Source: Alphaproteobacteria bacterium (GTDB lineage Bacteria; Pseudomonadota; Alphaproteobacteria; Bin95). Taken from it: a DNA stretch of 64,000 nucleotides. Every line of letters begins with the position of its first letter. The stretch's first letter is position 1. This document shows, in pieces, positions 1 to 10,283 of this stretch. The notes under the pieces are model-generated. The model saw only the letters and a list, made by a program, of their open reading frames with translations, made no database searches and was not told the DNA's origin. The DNA is taken from assembly GCA_964291285.2 (NCBI GenBank), contig OZ219785.1:1056001-1120000 (forward strand), read 5' to 3'. The position numbers and the translations under genes were made by a program.

Positions 1-860
1 ATGATGACATCGTGGGCCGCCGGCACCTCGTCGCAGGGAGGCGGCAGCACAAGGTCATCCGGCCCGGCGCCGGCGGCCGCGCGCGCAGCCTCCATCGCCT
101 TGACCGACGCCGGCTCGACGCAATGCCAGGCCGGACTCGGGCACATGGCGAAGCGCGCCGGACGGGCCTCGACCCGCGAGATCGGGATGCCCGCCATCGC
201 CTGCACGAAGGCGCCGGCGTCGGCAACCGTGCGCGCCATGGAGCCCACCGTGTCCAGCGTCTCGGAGATCGGCTTCACGCCCGCGCGCGGCACCGTGCCG
301 AAGGTCGGCTTGAAGCCGACCGCGCCGCAATAGGAGGCCGGGCGGACCACCGAGCCCGCGGTCTGGGTGCCGATGGCCAGCGGCACCTGGTAATCGGCCA
401 CTCCCGCGGCCGAGCCCTGCGAGGAGCCGCCCGGCGTGTGGGCCGGGTCCACCGGATTGCGGGTCTTGCCCGGATGGCGCATGGCGAACTCGGTCGTCAC
501 CGTCTTGCCGAGCACCACCATGCCCGCGTCGCGCAGCAGCGCCACCGGCGCGGCGTCCCAGGCCGGGCGGTTGCCGGGCGTGTAGATCGGCGAACCGTAG
601 CCGGTCGGCATGTCATGCGTGTCGATGATGTCCTTGACGCCGGCCGGCACGCCGTGGAGCGCCGAGCGGGGCTCCTCCCGGTCGCGCTGCCGTGCTTCGG
701 CGAGCGCGGCCTCCGGGTCGAGATGGATCCAGGCGCCGACCTGCTCGTCCCGCGCCTCGATATGCGCGAGGCAGGATTCGACCAGCCGCTCGGACGTCAG
801 GTCTCCCGCCCGGATGGCGGCGGCGGCGTCGAGGCCGGAGAGGAGATGGGGTCGGGTCAT
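1..860 (-). CDS. Amidase-signature family protein (runs off window edge)
   Basis: Manual translation from ATG 860: MTRPHLLSG...GVKDIIDT...GKTVTTEFA...TPGGSSQGSAA...GTQTAGSVVRPASYCG (amidase signature). Confidence 0.9.
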   Translation of the reverse strand, partial: MTRPHLLSGLDAAAAIRAGDLTSERLVESCLAHIEARDEQVGAWIHLDPEAALAEARQRDREEPRSALHGVPAGVKDIIDTHDMPTGYGSPIYTPGNRPAWDAAPVALLRDAGMVVLGKTVTTEFAMRHPGKTRNPVDPAHTPGGSSQGSAAGVADYQVPLAIGTQTAGSVVRPASYCGAVGFKPTFGTVPRAGVKPISETLDTVGSMARTVADAGAFVQAMAGIPISRVEARPARFAMCPSPAWHCVEPASVKAMEAARAAAGAGPDDLVLPPPCDEVPAAHDVI

Positions 861-2032
861 GGGCGCCTCGCGAAGCTGCGGCCGATAAGCTGGCGGTGGA
901 TCTGGTTGGTCCCTTCCCAGATCTGGGTGATCTTGGCGTCGCGCAGCAGCCGTTCCGCGCGATACTCCCTGATATAGCCGTAACCGCCGTGAAGCTGCAC
1001 GCACATATCGGCGGCCTTCATGGCGAGGTCGGAGGCGGAGAGCTTGGCCATGGAGGCCTCGATGCCGATATCGTCCAGGCCCTCGTCCACCAGCCCGGCG
1101 ACATAGCCCAGCCAGAGCTCCGCCTGGGCAAGCTCGGTGGCGAGGTCGGCCAGCATGAACTGGATGCCCTGGAAATCCGCGATGCGCCGGCCGGACTGGC
1201 GCCGCTGGCCGATATAGGCCACGGCGTCGCCGAAGGCGGCGCGCGCAATGCCGAGCGCATGGGCGGCGATGGAGGGCCTCGACTTGTTGAGCGCGCCGAA
1301 CAGCACCTTCAGCCCCTCGCCGGGCCCGAGGATGAGGTTCTCCCGCGGCACGCGCACGCCCTCGAAGGCGAGCGCCGCCGTGGAACTCGCGCGCAGGCCG
1401 AGCTTGTCCTCAAGCCGCAGCACGCTTATGCCGGTGGCCTCCCTCTCGACGGCGAGCGCCGTGATCGCCGCGCGCCCGTCCTCGATCTCCGCCCATTTGC
1501 CGAACAGCACACAGACGTCCGCCACGTCTCCGTTGGTGATGAAGGTCTTGGCGCCGTCGATGACGATGTCGCCGCCGTCCGGGCGGAAGCGGGTGCGCAT
1601 GCCGGTGGCGTCGGAGCCGGCGTTCTCCTCGGTGATGCAGAGCGCGGCGAGGCCGCCGTCGGCGATGCGCGGCAGGATGCGGCGCTTCAGTTCGTCGCTG
1701 CCGAAGTCGATCACCGGCTTGATGGCGTGGAAGGTGGTTGACCACACGATTCCGGTCGCCGCGCAGGCCCGCGCCATCTCGTGCGCCGCGCGGATATAGC
1801 AGGCGAAGGACAGGCCGGCCCCGCCATAGGCTTCGGGGACGAACATCCGGTTGAGTTCGAGCTCGCGCATGGCGGCGAGATTGTCCCAGGGGAAGCGGGC
1901 CTCCGCGTCGAGGGCGGCCGCGGCCGGGGCTACCACCCGTTCCGCAAGGCGCTTCACGGCCTCCAGCACCGCCGCTTCCTCGTCCGGCAGCGCTTTTTCG
2001 AGGCGGGCGTCGAGGCGGTCGAGCACGGTCAT
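857..2032 (-). CDS. Acyl-CoA dehydrogenase
   Basis: ITEENAGSDA, GAKTFITNG, QLHGGYGY, KITQIWEGTNQI motifs; overlaps both neighbours by 4 bp. Confidence 0.93.
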   Translation of the reverse strand: MTVLDRLDARLEKALPDEEAAVLEAVKRLAERVVAPAAAALDAEARFPWDNLAAMRELELNRMFVPEAYGGAGLSFACYIRAAHEMARACAATGIVWSTTFHAIKPVIDFGSDELKRRILPRIADGGLAALCITEENAGSDATGMRTRFRPDGGDIVIDGAKTFITNGDVADVCVLFGKWAEIEDGRAAITALAVEREATGISVLRLEDKLGLRASSTAALAFEGVRVPRENLILGPGEGLKVLFGALNKSRPSIAAHALGIARAAFGDAVAYIGQRRQSGRRIADFQGIQFMLADLATELAQAELWLGYVAGLVDEGLDDIGIEASMAKLSASDLAMKAADMCVQLHGGYGYIREYRAERLLRDAKITQIWEGTNQIHRQLIGRSFARRP

Positions 2033-2742
2033 TGGTTGATGCTCTGCGCCCCGTCCATCACGATGGTCTCGCCGGTGAGGTAGTGGATCTTCTCGGCGAA
2101 CAGCAGCGCCACGAAGCGCGCCACCTCGTCCACGCTTCCGGGGCGGCCGACCGGGATGCGCCGCTCCAGCCAGGCGCGGAAGCGCGGATTGGCGAGGATT
2201 TCGGCGTTCATGTCCGTCTCCACATAGCCGGGGGCGACGGTATAGACCGAAATATTGTCCTGCGCCCACTCCACCGCGAGGCAGCGTGTCAGGCCGGAGA
2301 CGGCGGCCTTCGACGCGCAATAGGCGGTGTTGGCGCGCACGCCGAGCCGCTCCCAGTAGGAGCCGAGATTGACGACGATGCCGCCGCCATTGGCCTTTAG
2401 GTGCGGATAGGCGGCCTGCGCGGCGGCGAAGACGGCAGTGGTGTTGACCGCCATGGTCCGGGCGAAGTCCTCGACCGGGAACCCGGCGCTCGGCCCCTGC
2501 AGGTGGACGCCGGCATTGTTGACCAGCCCCTCCAGCCCGCCGAGGTCCCGCGCTGCCGCATCGAGCGCGCGGGCGAGGCCGGCCGTGTCGGTCACGTCCA
2601 CGGGCCATGCCGGCAGGTCCAGCCCCTCCGGGCCCCGGCCGGACCGCGTCAGGCAGGCCACCGCGAAGCCCCGCTCCGCCAGCGCCGTCGCAATGCCTGC
2701 GCCGATGCCCCGATTGGCCCCCGTCACCGCAATCGCCGCCAT
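2029..2742 (-). CDS. SDR family oxidoreductase
   Basis: TGANRGIG, NNAG, YCASK catalytic motif, APGYVETDM. Confidence 0.93.
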   Translation of the reverse strand: MAAIAVTGANRGIGAGIATALAERGFAVACLTRSGRGPEGLDLPAWPVDVTDTAGLARALDAAARDLGGLEGLVNNAGVHLQGPSAGFPVEDFARTMAVNTTAVFAAAQAAYPHLKANGGGIVVNLGSYWERLGVRANTAYCASKAAVSGLTRCLAVEWAQDNISVYTVAPGYVETDMNAEILANPRFRAWLERRIPVGRPGSVDEVARFVALLFAEKIHYLTGETIVMDGAQSINQ

Positions 2743-2937
2743 TGACCCTCCGTCTGTGCCGGTTCTTCGGGTGACGGCCAGAATGGCACGGGCGGGCTGC
2801 GGCGGCGACTCCGGACCGGAACATGTCCTCGCCATCTCGACCGGGAGCCGCAGGCGCAAAGACGATTTCATTGACACGACCTGCGCCCGGCATATCTTTT
2901 TCGTCAGGTGATATTCTGGAAGCGGATCGCCACGTTT

Positions 2938-3228
2938 ATGAAGACTTTTGCAAATTTCGGGCCGAGCCGGCCTGAACTGATCGAAGACATGCCGCTGGAA
3001 GAAGCGGTATGGGTCGATCCGGCGCGCATGAGCGGCGTTCCCTGCTTCCGGGGCACGCGCCTGCCCGTGCGGCAATTGTTCGACTGGCTCGAGGATGGCG
3101 TGCCGCTGGACGAATTCCTCCGCGATTTTCAGATCGATCCCAGGGCCGCCGCGGCTGTCTTGCGAGCGGGTGCCGAAGCTGTCTGTACAGCCGCGACCGA
3201 GAATCCGAACTGCGCCTCCCATAGTTGA
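2938..3228 (+). CDS. DUF433-family antitoxin-like protein (start uncertain)
   Basis: DPARMSGVPCFRGTRLPV...LEDG...EFLRDF is typical of DUF433. Confidence 0.85.
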   Translation: MKTFANFGPSRPELIEDMPLEEAVWVDPARMSGVPCFRGTRLPVRQLFDWLEDGVPLDEFLRDFQIDPRAAAAVLRAGAEAVCTAATENPNCASHS

Positions 3229-3240
3229 TTCCATACACTC

Positions 3241-3570
3241 GTGAAGGTCCTTCTCGACGTCGGGATTTCGCCGCGTCTGCGTCTTCCGCTTCAGGCGGAA
3301 CTCGGAGATGTGGCGATCGAAAGCGCTATTGTCCGTCGATGGCGCGCCCTGCGGGACGATGAATTGCTGCTGCGGGCCCGTCTGAATGGCTTTACGGCTC
3401 TGGTAACGACTGACAAGCGCCTGGCCGCGGAACAGAGAGACCTTTCAATTGCCGTCGTAGCCGTGGATGACAATCGTCTGGCCAGCCTGGTCGCGGCGGT
3501 GGCCGATATCGCGGATGCCATTCGGTCCGCCGGGCCGGGAGAGCACCGGGTCGTAGCTGTCCGCCGCTGA
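3241..3570 (+). CDS. DUF5615/PIN-like putative toxin
   Basis: MKVLLDVGIS...DDELL...LVTTDKRL; directly follows the DUF433 gene. Confidence 0.75.
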   Translation: MKVLLDVGISPRLRLPLQAELGDVAIESAIVRRWRALRDDELLLRARLNGFTALVTTDKRLAAEQRDLSIAVVAVDDNRLASLVAAVADIADAIRSAGPGEHRVVAVRR

Positions 3571-3674
3571 TGGGCCGCATTTCTTCCCCGACCATGCCTG
3601 CCGCCCGCTGCCGTTGATCCCCTCCGGCAGGCCCCCTACGCTGTCTTCGACGGGGCATTTGGGGATGGCGGATC

Positions 3675-4823
3675 ATGGGCGGCGACATGGATTTCGAGGC
3701 GTATCTGGCCGGGGTCGAGGCGTTCACGCGCGAGGAGCTGATCCCGAACGAGGAGCGGGTGGAAGAGCTGGGCCGTGTGCCGGAGGACCTTGTGCGGCGG
3801 ATTTGCGAGATGCGGCTCTTCGCCATCTCGATCCCGGAGGAATACGGGGGCCTCGGCCTCAGCCAGGAGCAGCAGGTGCGGCTCACCTTCGCCTTCACCC
3901 GGGCCTCGGCCGTGTTCCGCGCCCGCTTCTCGACCACGATCGGGCTCTGCAGCCAGGCGATCCTCGACTTCGCCACGGAGGCGCAGAAGCGGAAATACCT
4001 GCCCGCCATGGCGGAAGGCCGCTGCACCGGCGCCTTCTCGCTGACCGAGCCGGACTACGGCTCCGACGCGGCCAACCTCGCAACGACGGCGGTGCGCGAC
4101 GGCGCGGACTATGTGCTGAACGGCACCAAGCGCTACATCACCAACGCGGCGGACGCCGACATGTTCCTGGTCATGGCGCGCACGGGCGGCCCCGGCGCGG
4201 GCGGCGTTTCGGCGTTCGCGGTCGATGCCGGCACGCCGGGCATCCGGGCGGGCGAACCCGTCGCCATGATGGGGCACAGCGGGTCCAGGGTCTCCGAGGT
4301 CTATCTGGAGGACTGCCGCGTGCCCGGAGACGCGCTGGTCGGCGGGCAGGAGGGGCTCGGGCTCAAGGCGGCGCTGCGAGGCATCAACCATGCGCGCACC
4401 CATGTCGCCGCCACCTGCGTCGGGCAGGCGAAACGGCTGGTCGGCGAGGCGGTCCGCTATGCCCGCGAGCGCCGCCAGTTCGGCAAGGCTATCGGCGAAC
4501 ACCAGCTCGTCCAGGCCATGCTCGCCGACATGCGCGCCGACACCTACGCGGCCGAGGCGATGGTGCTGGACTGCGCCCGCCGGTTCGAACGGCGTCCGCT
4601 GCCCTTCGCGGACATCGCCTGCGCCAAGTATTTCGCCTCCGAGATGGTGAGCCGGGTCGCCGACAAGGCGGTCCAGATCCTCGGCGGGCAGGGCTATATG
4701 GCCGGGAACGCCGTCGCCCGCCTCTACCGCGACACGCGGCTGTTCCGCATCTTCGAGGGCACCTCGCAGATCCAGCAGCAGCAGATCGCCCGCGCCATGC
4801 TGCGCGACGAGGCGGACGCTTAA
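3675..4823 (+). CDS. Acyl-CoA dehydrogenase
   Basis: FSLTEPDYGSDA, NGTKRYITNA, QILGGQGY, RIFEGTSQIQ. Confidence 0.94.
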   Translation: MGGDMDFEAYLAGVEAFTREELIPNEERVEELGRVPEDLVRRICEMRLFAISIPEEYGGLGLSQEQQVRLTFAFTRASAVFRARFSTTIGLCSQAILDFATEAQKRKYLPAMAEGRCTGAFSLTEPDYGSDAANLATTAVRDGADYVLNGTKRYITNAADADMFLVMARTGGPGAGGVSAFAVDAGTPGIRAGEPVAMMGHSGSRVSEVYLEDCRVPGDALVGGQEGLGLKAALRGINHARTHVAATCVGQAKRLVGEAVRYARERRQFGKAIGEHQLVQAMLADMRADTYAAEAMVLDCARRFERRPLPFADIACAKYFASEMVSRVADKAVQILGGQGYMAGNAVARLYRDTRLFRIFEGTSQIQQQQIARAMLRDEADA

Positions 4824-4894
4824 ATTCCCCGCCCGGACGCACCATATCGAAGGCATGGGGCGGCCGCCGCCGCTCGGTACCGGAGGGGTGTGAG

Positions 4895-5734
4895 ATGGGC
4901 CTCAAGAACATTCTCGTGCATGTGGACGGCAGCGAGCGCGCCGGGGAGCGCATCCGCGTGGCCGCAGGTCTCGCCGGGGCGGACGACGGCCATCTGACCG
5001 GGGTCTTCGTTTCTCCGGACCCGTTGATTCCGACCTGGATGGTGGCGGGGATGCCGCCGAGCGCGCTGGAGGCCGCCGTCGAAAGGGTCCGCGGCGAGGG
5101 CGAAACGGCGCGCGGGCGCTTCCTGGAGATCGCGGAGCGGGCCGGCGTCCATGCCGAATGGCGCATGGCGTCGGGGTCGGTCAGCCAGGTGACGGCATTG
5201 CACGCGCGCTATGCGGACCTCGCCGTGGTGGGCAAGGGCAGCGCGTCGGAACCGGAACTCTACCCTTATCCGGAGCTCGCCGCCGACCTCACCATGAGCT
5301 GCGGACGCCCGGTCCTGGTGGTGCCCAACTCCGGGCGGTTCGACGTGCTGGGCAGGACCATACTCGTGTGCTGGAACGCCAGCCGCGAGGCCACGCGGGC
5401 GGTGAACGATGCCATGCCGCTCCTGCGCCGGGCGGAGAAGGTGGTGGTCCTCTCGGTCAATGCGCACCGGCCCTCCGGCGGCGACCACGGCGAAATCCCG
5501 AGCGCCAATATCGCGCTGCACCTGGCGCGCCACGGCGTGAACGCCGAAGCCGCGAACACCGTCGCCGACGGCATTTCCGTCTCGGACATCGTGCTCTCGC
5601 ATGTGAGCGACCGGGGGATCGACCTGATCGTCACGGGCGCCTGGGGACATTCCCGCATGCGCGAATGGGCGTTCGGCGGCGTCACCGCCTCGCTGCTGCG
5701 CGACACCACGGTTCCCGCCCTGATGTCGCATTGA
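4895..5734 (+). CDS. Universal stress protein (tandem USP domains)
   Basis: MGLKNILVHVD..., WNASREATRAV, DLIVTGAWGHSRMREWAFGGVT. Confidence 0.92.
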   Translation: MGLKNILVHVDGSERAGERIRVAAGLAGADDGHLTGVFVSPDPLIPTWMVAGMPPSALEAAVERVRGEGETARGRFLEIAERAGVHAEWRMASGSVSQVTALHARYADLAVVGKGSASEPELYPYPELAADLTMSCGRPVLVVPNSGRFDVLGRTILVCWNASREATRAVNDAMPLLRRAEKVVVLSVNAHRPSGGDHGEIPSANIALHLARHGVNAEAANTVADGISVSDIVLSHVSDRGIDLIVTGAWGHSRMREWAFGGVTASLLRDTTVPALMSH

Positions 5735-5798
5735 AACCCGACCCTGCCGGGAGTATGAACGGAACGAGAAGGACTGCGTTCAAGCGGGGGAAACGGTC

Positions 5799-7061
5799 AT
5801 GGCGCTATCCCTGAAACAGGCGGTCCGGAAGACCGCCATGCAGGCCATGCTCATGCGCGAGCGCCTTGAGTGCGGCCACGCCTACAACCCGGTCGCATAC
5901 CGGAACACCCAGAACCCCTATCCCGCCTATGCGGCGCTTCGGGACCGGGGCCAGGCGCACCGCAGCCGGCTGATGAATGCCTGGGTCTTCGGCCGCTACC
6001 CGGACGTGGCGGCGATCCTTCCCGACTGGCAGCGCTTCTCCAACGACGGCAGGAAGGCGAAGCAGCCGGGCAAGCGCACGGTCATCCCGGACCCCGGCAC
6101 GCCGTCCCTGCTGTCGCTCGACCCGCCGGACCACCGCCGGCTGCGCGGCCTGGTCAGCAAGGCGTTCACGCCGCGCGCGGTGAATGCGCTGGAGCCGCAT
6201 ATCCGCAGCCTCATGCACGAGCTTCTGGACGGCATCGACGACCTGTCCGGCTTCGACCTCATGGAGGTCGTCGCCAAGCCGCTGCCGGTGATCGTGATCG
6301 CGGAAATGCTCGGCGTGCCGGTGGAAGACCGCCCCCGGTTCCGGAGCTGGTCCGACCGCCGCGCGCGCATCCTCGAGCCGACGATCAGCGCGGAGGAACG
6401 CGCGGACGCCATTCTCGCCGGGGCCGACCTCGACGCCTATTTCGCGCCGCTCGTCGAGGAGCGCCGCGCCGACCCGCAGGACGACATTCTGAGCGGGCTC
6501 GTCCAGGCTGAGGAAGAGGGCGACCGGCTGGACGGAGACGAGATGATCGCCCTGTTGCGGCTGCTGCTGGTCGCCGGCAACGAGACCACCGTCAACCTGA
6601 TCGGCAACGGCATGCTGGCCCTGCTGCGCCATCCCGAACAGCTCCAGCGGCTCCGGGACGACCCCGCGCTCATCCCCTCGGCAGTGGAGGAGCTGCTGCG
6701 CTACGATTCGCCCGTGCAGCTGGACCTGCGGCGCATCGTCGAGGACTGCGACGTGAACGGCTTCCCGGTGAAGCGGGGCGAGGACATCGTGGTGCTGATC
6801 GGCGGCGCCAACCGCGATCCCGAACAGTTCGAGGACCCGGACGGGCTCGATGTCGGGCGCGAGGGGAACAGCCACATCTCCTTCGGGCGCGGCATCCACG
6901 CCTGCATCGGCGCGCCGCTCGCGCGGCTGGAGGCGCGCATCGCCATCGAGGTGCTGCTGGAGCGCTTCTCCTCGATCCGCCTCGCCGGCCCGCCGCCCCG
7001 CTTCCGCCCCAGCATCGTGCTGCGCGGCCTCGAATCCCTGCCGGTGGCGGCCTCGGTCTGA
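5799..7061 (+). CDS. Cytochrome P450
   Basis: AGNETT I-helix, EELLRY (ExxR), FGRGIHACIG heme-binding motif. Confidence 0.96.
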   Translation: MALSLKQAVRKTAMQAMLMRERLECGHAYNPVAYRNTQNPYPAYAALRDRGQAHRSRLMNAWVFGRYPDVAAILPDWQRFSNDGRKAKQPGKRTVIPDPGTPSLLSLDPPDHRRLRGLVSKAFTPRAVNALEPHIRSLMHELLDGIDDLSGFDLMEVVAKPLPVIVIAEMLGVPVEDRPRFRSWSDRRARILEPTISAEERADAILAGADLDAYFAPLVEERRADPQDDILSGLVQAEEEGDRLDGDEMIALLRLLLVAGNETTVNLIGNGMLALLRHPEQLQRLRDDPALIPSAVEELLRYDSPVQLDLRRIVEDCDVNGFPVKRGEDIVVLIGGANRDPEQFEDPDGLDVGREGNSHISFGRGIHACIGAPLARLEARIAIEVLLERFSSIRLAGPPPRFRPSIVLRGLESLPVAASV

Positions 7062-7092
7062 TTGGTACCTGGCGCCGCCGAAAGGCGGCCGC

Positions 7093-8295
7093 CTATTGGC
7101 GAATCATGCAAACGGGATGGAATCCGACCGTGGCGTCCGACGGACCCTCCGCCTTGCGTTTGCGCAGATAGGTTGCATCGCGCTCTACGGTGACATTTGC
7201 ATATCGTTCCGCCATGGCGTCTATGGCAATCGCCTGCTGGTGAATGTGAGGGCGGGCGTCCTTCGGATCGGTGGAGGCATTGCCGCGGTATCCGGAAAAC
7301 TTCCGCGAATCAAACTTTTCCAGATCGAGAACGCCAACATTTATCAGCTTCGTGGCCGCAATTACCTTGTCCCGGACATTCGCTGGAACCGGCACGCGCC
7401 ACGCCTCGGCAAGCCCGATCACGGCTAATGCCGAATTGACCCCGTAGGTATGGTACCAGAACCCGCGGACCCCTCGGAAAGAGTTATTGTCGATATAGCC
7501 GTCCGGGAAGAACTTTTTGTCGATGTCCTGAAATATCCTGGCGAATGTCCGCGTCGCAAGTTCCTTGTCTTCGGTCCATGCGGCGTAAACCAACTCGCCA
7601 ATGCCTTGGTTGGCATACTGGTAGAAACCTCTGTCATCGCGGCGAGCCGCTTCAGCCCAGGGCCTGATATAGCGCCCGTACAGCCTGTGCGCGTAATCGT
7701 CCACGATCGCACGCTCCGAATCGTTCATCTCCGTTCTGAGGAAAATGGCCGGCACTAGGTAACTGCTGCCGAAACCCGCAGCGAATTGCGGGGCGTGCGC
7801 ATGACATCTGGCGGACGTCACACCCTTCCCGTCATAGCAACGACCGCCCGATCTGCGCACCTCTTCGACAGTCATCGTGTCGAGAATGGTTTCCGCTTGC
7901 GCAATCTGCACCACGAGCGATACCGCCTTGCGAATCTGGTCGGGATCTCCGGTTTTCACTGCCGTGTGCGTCGCTGCGAAAAGATATCGGGCCGGGTAGG
8001 AAATAGCTTCATGGTGAACAGTCAGCGAGTCGCTGCGCTTGAGGTGGTCCGCGTCCCAGTCATAGCCGATGACTTCCGCAATCTTGCCTTCGACGAAATC
8101 GTCCTCAAGCGTCATCTCCAGCCCCAGCCGGGACGTGTCGCAAGCGCCGATCCTGTCGCCATAGAAATACTTGGGAATGTGAAGTGACGCAGAGTCTACC
8201 GTCGTCAGCCCGGGACTCACGGTCTTGGCGGTCTGAACGCAAGCGGGCAGGGTGCAAATCACCATTGCGAGAAGGGGAACCGCACGCTTGAGCAT
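7093..8295 (-). CDS. Putative lipoprotein with alginate-lyase-like (alpha/alpha) domain
   Basis: Signal peptide ending LPAC (lipobox-like); DGYIDNNSFRGVRGFWYHTYGVNSAL resembles the PL5/AlgL catalytic Tyr region; AT-richer than flanks. Confidence 0.55.
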   Translation of the reverse strand: MLKRAVPLLAMVICTLPACVQTAKTVSPGLTTVDSASLHIPKYFYGDRIGACDTSRLGLEMTLEDDFVEGKIAEVIGYDWDADHLKRSDSLTVHHEAISYPARYLFAATHTAVKTGDPDQIRKAVSLVVQIAQAETILDTMTVEEVRRSGGRCYDGKGVTSARCHAHAPQFAAGFGSSYLVPAIFLRTEMNDSERAIVDDYAHRLYGRYIRPWAEAARRDDRGFYQYANQGIGELVYAAWTEDKELATRTFARIFQDIDKKFFPDGYIDNNSFRGVRGFWYHTYGVNSALAVIGLAEAWRVPVPANVRDKVIAATKLINVGVLDLEKFDSRKFSGYRGNASTDPKDARPHIHQQAIAIDAMAERYANVTVERDATYLRKRKAEGPSDATVGFHPVCMIRQ

Positions 8296-8336
8296 GTCCT
8301 TGTCTCCCTGGCGTTTGTCCCGGCTGCAGCCAAAAC

Positions 8337-9821
8337 CTACCCGCAGGCATACTCCGCGGCGAAGCGGCCGGCGCGGCGGCCGAAGACGCTGCCGGACATC
8401 AGGCCGGAGCCGCCCGGATAGTTCTCGAAGAACAGGCCGCCTACCAGTTCGCCGGCGGCGTAGAGCCCGTCTATGGGGCGCCCGGAAAGGTCCTGGACGC
8501 GGTTCTCATTGTCGATCTGCAGGCCGCCGAAGGTGAAGGTGACGCCCGTGGTGGTGACGAAGGCGACATAGGGCGGGCTGTCGATGGGCAGCGCCCAGTT
8601 GGTCTTGTCCGGGCTCAGCCCCTCGGTCGAGACGCCGTCGAGCACGGCGGGATTGTAGGCGTTGGAGGACCGGCACGCGGCGTTGTAGCCGCGGACCGTC
8701 TTCGCGAGCGCCGCCGGATCGATCTCCAGCCCGGCCGCCAGTTCCTCGATCGAGTCCGCCTCCACTTTCGTGACTTCGCGGATGCGGTATTCGTCGCGCA
8801 GCATGTGGACGGTCTTGGCGTCGAAGATCTGCGCGCACCAGCGATGCGGCTGTTCCATGATGGCGCGGCCGAAGCGCACATAGGTGAGGTTGCGGTAGTC
8901 CTCGCCCTCGTCGACGAAGCGCTCGCCGTCGAGGTTCACCATGATGCCGAGCGGGTAGCTGTGCTTCTGGAAATTGTCGCCGACGGCGCGGTCCCCGTAG
9001 GGCGGGGCGGAGATGTCCCAGCCGACCGAATGGCAGCCGGACCAGTTGCCGTGCGGCCGCGCGCCGGCCTCCAGCGCCATGCGGATGCCGTCGCCGGTAT
9101 TGTGGCGGGTGCCGCGCACGCGGGCCAGGTCCCAGCCGTGGCCGAGATAGCGCGCGCGCATCTCCGGATTGGCCTCGAAGCCCCCGCAGGCGAGCACCAC
9201 CGAGCCGGTCTCCAGCACTTCGTAGCCCTCCGGCGTGCGCAGCCGGAGGCCGGTTATGCGCCCGGTGTCGTCCTGCACGAGGCCGGTCGCGCCGGTCTCG
9301 TAGCGGATCCCGATGCCGACCGCTTCGGCGCGGCGCAGCAGGAAATCGACCAGCCCCGCGCCGCCGCCGACGGCCTCGATGTTCACGCCGCCGTAGAACA
9401 CCTGCTTGCCGTCCACCTCGTAGGACTGGCGGCCGAACATCGGCACGAAGCGCACGCCGTTTTCCCGCAGCCACGCCATGGCCGGGCGCGACCCGTCGAT
9501 CAGGGTCCAGGCGAGGTCCTCCTCGGCCTGGTGGCGCGTCACCTTCATCAGCGTGTCGTAGAAGAACTGCCGGTCGTGGGTGGGGAGCTCGATGCGCGCC
9601 TTCTCCGCGTCCGAGAGGTCGGTCAGCACGTCGATGCAGACATCCTCCAGCCCGTCATGGACGAAGCGGAAGCCGCCGGCGGTGAAGAAGGAATTGCCGC
9701 CCCGCTCCTCCTCCGGCGCCTTCTCCAGCACCACCACGCGCGCGCCCTTCTCCCGCGCCGAAATCGCCGCGCACAGGGCCGCATTGCCGCAGCCGACGAC
9801 CGCGACATCCCATGCCGTCAT
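8337..9821 (-). CDS. tcuA: FAD-dependent oxidoreductase, TcuA/CobZ family
   Basis: VVGCGNAALCAA, RGGNSFFTAG, LACGGFEAN, GVTFTFGGL, NYPGGSGLMSGSVFGR. Confidence 0.8.
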   Translation of the reverse strand: MTAWDVAVVGCGNAALCAAISAREKGARVVVLEKAPEEERGGNSFFTAGGFRFVHDGLEDVCIDVLTDLSDAEKARIELPTHDRQFFYDTLMKVTRHQAEEDLAWTLIDGSRPAMAWLRENGVRFVPMFGRQSYEVDGKQVFYGGVNIEAVGGGAGLVDFLLRRAEAVGIGIRYETGATGLVQDDTGRITGLRLRTPEGYEVLETGSVVLACGGFEANPEMRARYLGHGWDLARVRGTRHNTGDGIRMALEAGARPHGNWSGCHSVGWDISAPPYGDRAVGDNFQKHSYPLGIMVNLDGERFVDEGEDYRNLTYVRFGRAIMEQPHRWCAQIFDAKTVHMLRDEYRIREVTKVEADSIEELAAGLEIDPAALAKTVRGYNAACRSSNAYNPAVLDGVSTEGLSPDKTNWALPIDSPPYVAFVTTTGVTFTFGGLQIDNENRVQDLSGRPIDGLYAAGELVGGLFFENYPGGSGLMSGSVFGRRAGRFAAEYACG

Positions 9822-9852
9822 GGCCTCGGTCCCCCCGGGGTCAGGTGTTCGT

Positions 9853-10269
9853 TCAGTCTTCCAGCAGGCCCGTCGCGGAGCCGAGAACGACCGTCTTGCC
9901 GTCCTGGTTCACCGTCTCGATGCCGATCTCCGCCACCGCCCGGCCGTCCTCGTCGCGGATGTCCTGCACCGTGGCGGTTGCGGTCAGCGTGTCGCCGGGC
10001 CAGACCTGGTTGGTGAAGCGCACGCCGTATTTGCGCACGTTCTCCGCCCCGAACAGGTCGGTGACCAGCGTGCCGGTCATGCCCATGGTCAGCATGCCGT
10101 GGGCGAACACGCCCGGATAGCCGGCGGCCTCCTTGCAGTAGAGGTCGTCGGTATGCAGCGGGTTGTAGTCGCCGCTGGCGCCCGAATACATGACGAGCTG
10201 GGTGCGCTTCAGGTCCTCGACCACGATCTTCTCGAAGGTCTGGCCGACCGAGATTTCGCTGGCTTTCAT
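9853..10269 (-). CDS. MaoC-family (R)-hydratase/dehydratase
   Basis: YSGASGDYNPLH, FAHGMLTMG, VRFTNQVWPGD. Confidence 0.9.
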   Translation of the reverse strand: MKASEISVGQTFEKIVVEDLKRTQLVMYSGASGDYNPLHTDDLYCKEAAGYPGVFAHGMLTMGMTGTLVTDLFGAENVRKYGVRFTNQVWPGDTLTATATVQDIRDEDGRAVAEIGIETVNQDGKTVVLGSATGLLED

Positions 10270-10283
10270 CTTCCGGGTCCCCC

